Position numbers and translations under genes: made by a program
The notes under the pieces: generated by a model
Seen by the model: the letters and a program-made list of their open reading frames with translations, nothing else
Database searches by the model: none
Told to the model about the DNA's origin: nothing
In this document: positions 1 to 9,075 of the stretch, piece after piece
Numbering within the stretch: the first letter of the stretch is position 1
How the letters are laid out: every line of letters begins with the position of its first letter
NCBI GenBank assembly: GCA_051294375.1
Contig: CM119271.1
Location: 4,322,758-4,340,771 of the forward strand
Source of the DNA: Paraspadella gotoi
Lineage: Eukaryota > Animalia > Chaetognatha
Direction of reading: 5' to 3'
Length of the DNA stretch: 18,014 bases

Positions 1-817
1 TTTTTAAACGAGTTCCCTTATTGATTTCGGTTTTGGTGCCCTTGTTATCTAAAGTTTTTCAAACGTGGGAAAATATTTTAAACCGTCACATTTTTTGTTA
101 GTTTGTTCGTGGATGACGAAAAAAACCTTGAAGATTGTAAATATTTGCTTGATTTATAAAAAAAAAATGTTATAGTAACTAAACGATAATTTCTATTTCA
201 GGTTGAACGTACGAAGTAAAAATTGTCAAACTGGTTTTTCAAATTATTTAAGAACAAATTAAGTTATGTAGAGAGGCCGCAACAACGAATAGCATTTAAT
301 GAATATGAAATTGGTACAACCAATATAAAAATTATCCATTCATTTAATAAATAAGCTATCTTGCCCCTGACTTTGGACAGGCTTTGGTGGTTTAAGGCCT
401 CCATCACTCTTACAAGATAATGACATAGCAGGTCCCTGCAAGCTTTCAATCAAGACTCTCTCACAGTCCCGTTTATTCACTAATATAATATATATTGAAT
501 CAAACCCTGCCTCTCAGAACAATAGCAATTATAAAGGATTTCTCAAGAGCATTTTTTTAACGAGGAGGATATATATTTATATATATATCTATATACTATA
601 GATTCTGAACGCATTAAGGAAAAATAATTTTCCGGTTTTTTTCTCGATACAGATGTCAGTCAATCCATCAGAAAACAAAATGACATAATTCTCAATGATT
701 TTTTTTTCAGTTTTGTTAAAAACTAAAAGTTTTTCGACCCGGGACGACGTCTTTGACAAGGTCGTTTTCGTCGTCGTCGTCGTCAATGTCGCCAAAATCA
801 CGTGACGATTTATTTCA

Positions 818-820
<3 letters not shown>

Positions 821-898
<78 letters not shown>
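821..898. repeat. (CT)n microsatellite
   Basis: Read directly from the sequence. Confidence 0.98.
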
Positions 899-902
<4 letters not shown>

Positions 903-2082
903 TCGAGTTAAAACTCCTCTAATTTCTATCCCAGCGGCCCGGTCACGACCGCCTGTTCCCCCGAACCGAACCGACGTTTGCCAGTTTTTGTGTGATTTAA
1001 AGAAAAAAAAAAAAGAATTGAATTCCGTAATAAATAGAAAATAAGGGAAATTTGGCAAAAATCGGTCGCTCGACTGATCGCAGCCTTGAAAAAATGGAAG
1101 TCAAAGAAATGGGTGTCGTTTGATTTAATTGTTTGATCGATTGATTTGATTGATTGGTTCACTTCAAGTCAAAGCCTTATTTTGTCCGTGGGTAGGCTAA
1201 TTCATCGTTATTTTCTCATGGATCATTTCGTCATGTCGTTAGATTAAATAATGCAAAGCTTTTCGCCAGTTGTTGATAGAATAAAGCTAAAAGAAATTTG
1301 AAATTTCTAAAATTTACACAATTCATGATAATTAAAACATACGTAATAAATGTTTTTTTTTTAACTCGTGACTTGGCGCACGACGGGCGTGACGCGTCGC
1401 GCGTGAACAAAAAAACTTATTAGTGAACCGAGTCACCGTCAACGAAGCCCGTATGCCATCGCCAGTGACACAGTGACACGACGTCGCTCGTTTTATGTCG
1501 CTTCGTGCAGATTCAACGCATTCCTCGTTCCTCCTTATTTTTCATCAGAAAGAGAAGTCCACGGATATAAAGTTTTGTGCCTTTCTCTTTAGGGTCATTG
1601 AATAATTAAGACCCGATTCTTGAAGAATATCCACCGGAACATTGGCTAAATGTTCCTGCTCGGTCTACGTCCAGTAAAAAAAAGAATATTGGAGAGAATT
1701 TGTTCAAGATTTAAAGACGACAAACCTAAATCTAGAACTATCTCGGGTCAAGAAATGTTAAAATTTAACATTTAAAATGTAACGAAAATATTAAAATAGA
1801 ACAAGATCAATCGCCGACCCACACTTTTCTTTTTTTAACCAGAACCAAATGAAAAAATAGTTTATCCTCGATGCTATTTTGTCCAATGTCCACGTTGCGC
1901 GCGCACGTCACGTTCTCTGACGGATTTTATAATTGGTTGAGGGGGGAAAGGAACAAAAGACGTTAGCTTTTCGAAGAGTTTAATATAGATATCGCTAATA
2001 AATGTTTTTTATATGATCTAACGTTCATAATTTTAATCAATGTTTACATAAAAAACTGGAGGATCATCGACTACGATGATAT

Positions 2083-2153
<71 letters not shown>
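2083..2153. repeat. (GAT)n microsatellite about 620 bp upstream of the predicted TSS
   Basis: Read directly; perfect trinucleotide run. Confidence 0.98.
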
Positions 2154-2432
2154 TTTAAATAGTTAAACTTTCATGGTCGTAATTATCATAACAATTGAAA
2201 TGGATTAGTAAATAGCATTCGACAAAAATAAAAAAAAATAAATAAACCCCGATTTCATGATTTCCAAATTTCCAAGCGAAATAAATCAAAAGTGTATCTG
2301 ACAGGGAAGAACGTCACCTGATGAGTTCACAAATTAATTTCACGAATCGCCGAGGATTTCGTCGTGAAAAGTGATTCGAATGCGTAAAATACAGTAAAAA
2401 ATGGGTTTTACGAGGTTCGAAATGAATATTAA

Positions 2433-2626
2433 TGATAAATGAATTAGTATTTTGAAAGCTTGATAAAAGAGTAAATGGTTTTATTAGGGATAGCCTATCT
2501 TAGTAAGTTGGGTCAAAAATTTTAATTGAGCACCATTTTAGGCTAACCCCCGCTCGTACATCGCGGCGACCACGTCGATGTTTTATCTCAACAAACGATT
2601 CACTCTGTAAAAAAAAATTTAGATAA
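2433..2626. promoter_or_regulatory. Cluster of WGATAR (GATA-factor) sites upstream of the repeat-protein promoter
   Basis: TGATAA 2433-2438 and 2461-2466, CTATCT 2495-2500, TTATCT 2583-2588, AGATAA 2621-2626. The AT-rich background raises the chance rate. Confidence 0.4.
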
Positions 2627-2737
2627 CCGAAAAACCAACGTCATCGAATGACCCTTAAAAAAAAAAAAATTTCGAGCGACGAATCTCGTTACGAAACGAC
2701 GGGAACCTGCGCACCTGAGACCCGTTGGACGGAATCG

Positions 2738-2773
2738 TATAAAAGTCGCGATGGAACCCGAAACTCTTCAGTT
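2738..2773 (+). promoter_or_regulatory. Core promoter: TATA box plus initiator, predicted TSS about 2770
   Basis: TATAAAAG at 2738-2745 and TCAGTT at 2768-2773 (matches the TCAKTY initiator). The first T of TATA is 32 nt before the initiator A, the canonical spacing. A 72-nt A/C-rich leader with no upstream ATG follows. Confidence 0.8.
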
Positions 2774-2841
2774 GCTTTGGCGAAATCCAAAAAACCGCAG
2801 GTCGCAACACCGAAACAAAACACGAAGAAACAATCATAACC

Positions 2842-5800
2842 ATGAGAGTTCTTTGTTTCCTCGGCCTGGTGGCCCTGGCCGCCGTGGCCTCCTCGGCTCC
2901 GGCGCCCAAGTCGGAGGAGTACATCGGCGTCGCCGACGTCGTCGACGCCGCCCACCACATCAAGGACATCTTCGAACAGATCAAGGACAAGATCGAGTCG
3001 GGCGCCGTGAAGAGCGAGCTCGAGGACTTTCTCAAGCATGTCCGCGATGTCGTCCAGGCCAAGATTCAAGAGGTCAAGCCCGTGGTGGCGCAAATCTTGA
3101 AGAAGATGCGCGAGGCCGTCGACGACATCATCGCCAAGGTGAGAGCTGGAGTGGAACAGGCCAAGCCCGTTCTGCAAGAGCTCCTCGAGAAGATCGTGGC
3201 CAAGCTCTCCGAGCTGAAGGACAAGCTCATCGGCGGATACAACATCTTCGACGATTTGCTCAATGACGTCTTGAAGCCGGCGCTGGGCAAGGCCATCGAG
3301 AACCTCATCCCGCACATTCAAAAGCACTTGGGCGGTTTGATCGACAAGCTCGTTCCCGGCGAATACATGGAGTTCGTCGCCATCTCCGACGTCATGGAAA
3401 TTGCTCAGCAAATCAAGGATGCCTTCAACCAGCTCAAGGACAAGATCGAGTCGGGCGAGGTGAAGGACAACGTCGTCGACTTTTTGAAGAACCTGAAGGA
3501 AGTCATCGATGGCAAGATTGCTGAAGCCACCCCCGTGGTGAAGGCGGCCCTTGAAAAAGTCAAGGCAGCTATTCAAGATATGATCGCCAAGGCGAAGGAA
3601 CATGGCTCCGCGGCCATCGAGTCTGGCAAAGGCCTTCTCGGTAAGCTCTTGGAAAAGATCGTGTCCAAGCTGGGCGAATTGAAAGATAACCTTGCCGGAT
3701 ACAACATCTTTGATGATCTTCTCAACGACGTCTTGAAGCCCGCCATCAAGCATGCCCTTGAGAACCTTATTCCCACCATTGGAAAGCACCTTGGAGATCT
3801 GGCCGACAAACTGAAGCCCGCTGAATATCTTGCTGTCTCTGATGTCATGGACGTTGCTCAACACATCAAAGAAGTCTTCGACGAACTTAAAAACAAGATC
3901 CAATCCGGTGAAGTCAAAGCTAATGTTGTTGATTTCTTGAAAAAACTGAAGGAAACTGTTGAAGCCAAGATTGATGCTGCCAGGCCCGTTGTGAAAGCCG
4001 CTCTTAACAAAATAAAGGCTGCCATTGATGATATGATTGCCAAGGCCAAGTCCAATGCCGAAGCCGGCATTGAATCTGGAAGAGGCCTTCTTGTTCAGCT
4101 TTTGCAGAAGATTATGGAGAAATTGGGCGAACTGAAGGGAAAACTTGCTGGATACAACATTTTTGATGATTTGCTTCATGACGTTCTCAAGCCCGCTATC
4201 AAACACGCTATTGAGAATTTGATTCCCACCATTAGCAAGCATCTTGGAGACCTTGTCGATAAGCTGAAGCCCGCTGAATATCTTGCGATGTCTGACATTA
4301 TGGAGGTTGCCCAACATATCAAGGAGATTTTCAACAAGCTTAAGGACAAGATCCAATCTGGTGAAGTGAAAGCCAATGTGGTCGATTTCCTTAAAAACTT
4401 GAAAGAGGTTGTTGAGGGAAAGATTGCTGAAGCTAAACCCGTTGTTAAAGCTGCTCTGGAAAAAGTCAAGGCTGCCATTGATGACATGATTGTCAAGGCT
4501 AAAGCAAACGCTGAAGCTGGTATTGAATCTGCCAAAGGTCTTCTTGTCAAATTGCTGCAAAATATCATGGCCAAGCTTGGAGAACTGAAGGGAAACCTCA
4601 CCAGTTACAACATTTTCGAAGATCTTCTTAATGATGTCTTGAAACCCGCCCTGAAGCATGCCATTGATAACCTGATTCCCACTATTGGAAAGCACCTTGG
4701 AGACCTAGCTGACAAACTGAAGCCAGCTGAATATCTTGGTATGTCTGACATTATGGAGGTTGCCCAACATATCAAGGAGATTTTCAACAAGCTTAAGGAC
4801 AAGATTCAATCTGGTGAAGTGAAAGCCAATGTGGTCGATTTCCTTAAAAACTTGAAAGAGGTTGTTGAAGGTAAGATTGCTGAAGCTAAACCCGTTGTTA
4901 AAGCTGCTCTGGAAAAAGTCAAGGCTGCCATTGATGACATGATTGTCAAGGCTAAAGCAAACGCTGAAGCTGGTATTGAATCTGCCAAAGGTCTTCTTGT
5001 CAAATTGCTGGAAAATATCATGGCCAAGCTTGGTGAATTGAAAGGAAATCTCGCTGGTTACAACATTTTTGATGATCTCCTCAACGATGTCTTGAAACCT
5101 GCAATCAAGCATGCCCTTGAGAACCTTATTCCCACCATTGGAAAGCATCTTGGTGATCTTGCTGACAAACTGAAGCCCGCTGAATATCTTGCAGTTTCAG
5201 ACATTATGGATATTGCTCATCATATTAAGGATGTCTTCAACAGACTGAGAGCCAAGATTGCATCCGGAGAGGTGCAAGACAATGTTAAAGATTTCTTGAA
5301 GCATTTGAAGGAAGTTGTTGAAGATAAGATTGCTGCTGCCCGCCCCGTTGTCAAGGCTGCCCTGGAGAAAGTAAAGGCTGCAATTGATGACATGATTGCC
5401 AAAGCCAAAGAAAATGCTGAGTCTGGTATTGAGTCTGGAAAGAACCTTCTCGCCAAGCTCATGGGAAAGATCTTGGAGAAATTGTCTGAATTGAGAGATC
5501 AGTTGACCACTTATGACATCCATGAATATATTTCCATTGCTGATATCATTCAAGCTTCTCAGGATTTGAAGGATATCTTTAACCAGGTTAAAGACAAGAT
5601 CGCCTCAGGTGCCGTGAAAGACAATGTCTTGGATTTCCTCCAAAAAATCAAGGCAACTGTAGAACAAAAGATTGCTTCTGCGACTCCAGCTGTCAAGGCC
5701 ATCCTGGAGAAGGTCGATGCCGCTGTCAAGGCTGTCATTGAAAAAGCTAAGAGTGGCATTGAATCAGGCAAGGGACTGCTTGTTGAGCTTCTTGAGACAA

Positions 5801-7296
5801 TCATTGCAAAGATCAGTGAGCTCAAGGACAACATTGCTGGATACAATATCTTTGATGATCTTCTCAATGATGTATTGAAGCCCGCATTGAAACATGCTCT
5901 CGAAAATCTGATCCCCACCATTGGCAAACATTTGGGAGATCTCGCGGACAAACTGAGGCCAGCTGAATACATTTCAATGTCTGATATCTTGGAAGCTGCC
6001 AAAGATTTAAAGGAAATTTTCAACCAGATCAAGGCTAAGATTCAGTCTGGAGAGGTTAAAGATAATGTCATGGACTTTTTGAACAAGATCAAAGCCGCTG
6101 TTGATGCCAAAATTGCCGATGCCACTCCCGTTGTCAAGAAGATTCTTGAGAAGGTTGATGCTGCCATTCAAGTCATCAAAGAGAAAGCCAAACACCATGT
6201 TGAAACCGGAAAGGGTCTTCTTGCGGACCTTCTTGAAACCATTATTGCCAAGATCGGTGAGCTTAAGGATAACCTCGCTGGATACAGCATCTTTGATGAT
6301 CTCCTTGAGGATGTTCTCAAGCCAGCTTTGAAACATGCTCTTGAAAGTCTCATCCCCACCATTGGAAAACATTTGGGAGATCTTGCGGACAAACTGAAGC
6401 CTACCGAATACATCTCTGTCACTGACATTATGGAGGCTGCCAAAGACCTGAAGGAAATTTTCAACCAGATCAAGGCTAAGATTCAGTCTGGAGAGGTTAA
6501 AGATAATGTCATGGACTTTTTGAACAAGATCAAAGCCGCTGTTGATGCCAAAATTGCCGATGCCACTCCCGTTGTCAAGAAGATTCTTGAGAAGGTTGAT
6601 GCTGCCATTCAAGTCATCAAAGAGAAAGCCAAACACCATGTTGAAACCGGAAAGGGTCTTCTTGCGGACCTTCTTGAAACCATTATTGCCAAGATCGGTG
6701 AGCTTAAGGATAACCTCGCTGGATACAGCATCTTTGATGATCTCCTTGAGGATGTTCTCAAGCCAGCTTTGAAACATGCTCTTGAAAGTCTCATCCCCAC
6801 CATTGGCAAGCATTTGGGAGATCTTGCGGACAAACTGAAGCCCGCCGAATACATCTCTGTCACTGACATTATTGAGGCTGCTCAGGACTTGAAAGATATT
6901 TTCAACCAGATCAAAGCCAAGATCGCTTCTGGCGAGGTCAAGGACAACATTGTCGACTTCTTGAAGAAAATCAAGGAAACCGTTGATGCCAAAATCGCCG
7001 CCGCCACCCCAGCTGTTAAGGCCATCCTCGAGAAAGTCGATGCCGCCGTCCAGGCCGTCATTGAGAGAGCTAAGAATCACGTTGAAACTGGCAAGGGAAT
7101 TTTGAAGGATCTTCTGGACACCATCATTGCCAAGATCAGCGACTTGAGGGACAACATTTCCGGGTACAACATCTTTGACGATCTTCTTCACGACGTGCTC
7201 AAGCCTGCTCTGAAGCATGCCATCGAGAACCTCATCCCGACCATCTCCAAGCATCTTGGAGACATCGTTGACAAACTGAAGCCTGCCGAATTGTAA
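2842..7296 (+). CDS. Single-exon secreted amphipathic-helical tandem-repeat protein, 1484 aa; putative lipid-binding polyprotein (apolipoprotein-like character, family unassigned)
   Basis: Uninterrupted 4455-nt ORF with strong codon bias and aaccATG context. N-terminal signal peptide MRVLCFLGLVALAAVASS|AP. Ten A modules (2923-3240, 3367-3702, 3829-4155, 4282-4608, 4735-5061, 5188-5514, 5530-5844, 5971-6285, 6412-6726, 6853-7167) and nine 42-aa B modules. Differences between repeats are largely synonymous or conservative. K/E/D/L/I/A/V-rich, no Trp, only Cys is in the signal peptide. The ORF is secure; the function is inferred. Confidence 0.95.
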   Translation: MRVLCFLGLVALAAVASSAPAPKSEEYIGVADVVDAAHHIKDIFEQIKDKIESGAVKSELEDFLKHVRDVVQAKIQEVKPVVAQILKKMREAVDDIIAKVRAGVEQAKPVLQELLEKIVAKLSELKDKLIGGYNIFDDLLNDVLKPALGKAIENLIPHIQKHLGGLIDKLVPGEYMEFVAISDVMEIAQQIKDAFNQLKDKIESGEVKDNVVDFLKNLKEVIDGKIAEATPVVKAALEKVKAAIQDMIAKAKEHGSAAIESGKGLLGKLLEKIVSKLGELKDNLAGYNIFDDLLNDVLKPAIKHALENLIPTIGKHLGDLADKLKPAEYLAVSDVMDVAQHIKEVFDELKNKIQSGEVKANVVDFLKKLKETVEAKIDAARPVVKAALNKIKAAIDDMIAKAKSNAEAGIESGRGLLVQLLQKIMEKLGELKGKLAGYNIFDDLLHDVLKPAIKHAIENLIPTISKHLGDLVDKLKPAEYLAMSDIMEVAQHIKEIFNKLKDKIQSGEVKANVVDFLKNLKEVVEGKIAEAKPVVKAALEKVKAAIDDMIVKAKANAEAGIESAKGLLVKLLQNIMAKLGELKGNLTSYNIFEDLLNDVLKPALKHAIDNLIPTIGKHLGDLADKLKPAEYLGMSDIMEVAQHIKEIFNKLKDKIQSGEVKANVVDFLKNLKEVVEGKIAEAKPVVKAALEKVKAAIDDMIVKAKANAEAGIESAKGLLVKLLENIMAKLGELKGNLAGYNIFDDLLNDVLKPAIKHALENLIPTIGKHLGDLADKLKPAEYLAVSDIMDIAHHIKDVFNRLRAKIASGEVQDNVKDFLKHLKEVVEDKIAAARPVVKAALEKVKAAIDDMIAKAKENAESGIESGKNLLAKLMGKILEKLSELRDQLTTYDIHEYISIADIIQASQDLKDIFNQVKDKIASGAVKDNVLDFLQKIKATVEQKIASATPAVKAILEKVDAAVKAVIEKAKSGIESGKGLLVELLETIIAKISELKDNIAGYNIFDDLLNDVLKPALKHALENLIPTIGKHLGDLADKLRPAEYISMSDILEAAKDLKEIFNQIKAKIQSGEVKDNVMDFLNKIKAAVDAKIADATPVVKKILEKVDAAIQVIKEKAKHHVETGKGLLADLLETIIAKIGELKDNLAGYSIFDDLLEDVLKPALKHALESLIPTIGKHLGDLADKLKPTEYISVTDIMEAAKDLKEIFNQIKAKIQSGEVKDNVMDFLNKIKAAVDAKIADATPVVKKILEKVDAAIQVIKEKAKHHVETGKGLLADLLETIIAKIGELKDNLAGYSIFDDLLEDVLKPALKHALESLIPTIGKHLGDLADKLKPAEYISVTDIIEAAQDLKDIFNQIKAKIASGEVKDNIVDFLKKIKETVDAKIAAATPAVKAILEKVDAAVQAVIERAKNHVETGKGILKDLLDTIIAKISDLRDNISGYNIFDDLLHDVLKPALKHAIENLIPTISKHLGDIVDKLKPAEL

Positions 7297-7422
7297 CTTG
7301 CTGAAGCACTGGTTTTTTTTTTTTGAAGTAATGGTCTGAATTTTTGTTCTGATTCTTCTTCATCAGATTTTTATTGTAAACGACTGCTACTTTTAGATAA
7401 TCTTTCTCGTCTGTATTATTCT

Positions 7423-7460
7423 AATAAAATCAAAAATCAATTTATGTCTATTTCTTTGCG
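7423..7460 (+). terminator. Polyadenylation signal of the repeat-protein gene
   Basis: AATAAA at 7423-7428, about 125 nt after the stop codon, followed by a T/GT-rich element (tttatgtctatttctttg, 7441-7458). Confidence 0.7.
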
Positions 7461-8725
7461 AAACTCATAAAATTTTAGTCTGACTTGACTTGAATTACAA
7501 ACGGAAAAGTAAAATTTATCATATTCGCCGTTTGATATTAGCAGAAAAGTAAAGATGAAGAGCATACGTAACATACTACAAAGCAAAGTCATAGCATTGA
7601 CGGCGAAAAAAGAAGAAAAACGCTTATTAACATTAAGTAAATAAGCATCTCAAGCTCAAGGCAATTTTTTTTTCTCCGACCTCGTCTTTTGTCTTTAATA
7701 TACGGGCTCAGATGCCATCTAGCTTAAACTCTTAATATCAACAAATGAACACAAAACTTTCTCTCTCGGAGAAAAGTCATGAAATTTTTTTTAAAACAGT
7801 TCGTCGCACATTTTTATTTACATCTCAATGAGTCGAATTTTACACAAAAAAAATCATGAAAAAATAAAATAACTAGAATTGTCACAAGTTCTTTTCAGTA
7901 GTGATTGTTAAGACTTATGAAGTCTTATGTAGTTCTTTCCTTCTCATTTTTTTACACTTTCTTAAATGTGAAAATAGAAACTTGTAGTTTGCATACGAAA
8001 AACAAGGCATTTAATTTCAATTCGTTTTCAATCCTCTTGGCATCATGATTCCAATCTAATACGTAGTTTCTTAAATTTACTCTGTAAATGTATCTGCGAA
8101 ATTAACCTATATGTAGTATAAAAGTTCTCAGTGGCATCTTTAACACAACTTAAATTAAATTGTTTGACAACAAAATAGCAGTTGACCGTTAACACCCGGA
8201 CACGTTCGCGATTCACTTCTCACCCTTTTAAAAACAGACATTTTGAAAATTGTATAATTCATCGATCAAATTAAATTAAAAGTTTAGAATCGGAATCGAA
8301 AGGACGAGGGGAAGAAGGAAAACAAGAAAATGGGGGGAATGAGAAAAGACCAAGAGGAAATGGGAGAGGGGAAGTGACAGAGAGAAAAAGAGAAAAGGGA
8401 AATAGAGAATAGATGAAAAACAAAACGAAGAAAAACAAATGAACATTCTGAGAACAAAACCAACGACGACGCCCTCACTACCGCACTCGGCGTCGTCGCT
8501 ACGCTACGCACAACGCCGTCGCTACTTCTCACGGCGTGAACGCTACTCCACTCTCGCGTTCTTGTAAAGTCCGGTCGGTGGCGCCACTGGAGAAAAGATC
8601 GCTGGGATCAAAAGAACAAAAGAACGATTCTTTCGCGAAAGAGGGCGTTATGAGGCGCGGGGGTTGTCGGGGAAACGCGTTTATGTCCATTTAAATAGAA
8701 CAGAAAAAGAGGGCAACGCCTTTTG

Positions 8726-8731
8726 TTTATT
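8726..8731 (-). terminator. Candidate poly(A) signal for the minus-strand gene (alternative at 7813-7818)
   Basis: TTTATT on + (AATAAA on -) about 180 nt past the TGA; a second one lies at 7813-7818. Confidence 0.35.
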
Positions 8732-8868
8732 TCGCCGACAGATGGTTCCTCATTCGACGCCAGAAACTCCAGTCGCGACGTCGAGGCGTCCGCATGTCCG
8801 CTGTCACCCGATTTATCGATTTTTAAGTATCTCTCCCTCCATGACTGCTCTTCATGTCTGTTTGCTCC

Positions 8869-8900
<32 letters not shown>

Positions 8901-8911
8901 CCCTCATTTCC

Positions 8912-9075
8912 TCATTTGGCCAGGGACAGCATCTGCACCAACGTCTCGTAGTCGACGTGGAGTCCGTTGGAGCAATTGTGCATCGCGGACTCGATGGAGT
9001 CGTCGGTGAGACTCAGGTGGTAGACGTCGTTGTAGGAGCGAATGACGGCCCGAGCCTCTTCGCAGGTGATGAAGC
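8912..9075 (-). CDS. Terminal coding exon of a spliced gene; degenerate EF-hand-pair C-terminus, C1orf87-like from recollection
   Basis: On the minus strand a C-rich polypyrimidine tract ends in ccccAG (AG = 9076-9077). It is followed by (G)FITCEEARAVIRSYNDVYHLSLTDDSIESAMHNCSNGLHVDYETLVQMLSLAK-TGA with high GC3. GFITxEE fits the second half of an EF-hand loop and VDYETLVQML fits a second exiting helix. The resemblance to the vertebrate C1orf87 C-terminus is from memory and unverified. Confidence 0.75.

Noticed and set aside
589-1044. RERERE, LSLSLS and IYIYIY ORFs here and throughout 9177-17510
   Set aside because: Translations of (GA)n, (CT)n and (TA)n microsatellites or of N gaps.
2800-2804. 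GGTCG as a DPE element
   Set aside because: It lies at +31 to +35 from the predicted TSS rather than the required +28 to +32.
2689-7254. Long antisense ORFs (668, 147, 118 and 415 aa) and other nested ORFs over the repeat gene
   Set aside because: The long ones are codon-aligned shadows: the sense gene rarely uses TTA, CTA or TCA, so antisense stops are scarce. Repeat variation is synonymous in the + frame, not in these.
7282-7296. C-terminal PAEL as an ER-retention signal
   Set aside because: It does not fit [KRHQSA]-[DENQ]-E-L and is simply the PAEY repeat end with Tyr replaced by Leu.
2842-7296. Naming the protein apolipophorin-III, nematode polyprotein allergen, Bla g 1-type allergen, saposin or LEA protein
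   Set aside because: The likeness is only compositional or architectural. It lacks the conserved Cys of saposins and nematode polyprotein units and their basic cleavage sites, and I recognise no diagnostic motif without a profile search.
8464-8498. 10-bp GC hairpin (cgacgacgcc/ggcgtcgtcg); similar small hairpins at 7909-7927 and 12084-12104
   Set aside because: Short stems, the first built from CGA/TCG triplets that are abundant here; no Helitron CTRR end or RNA-family context.
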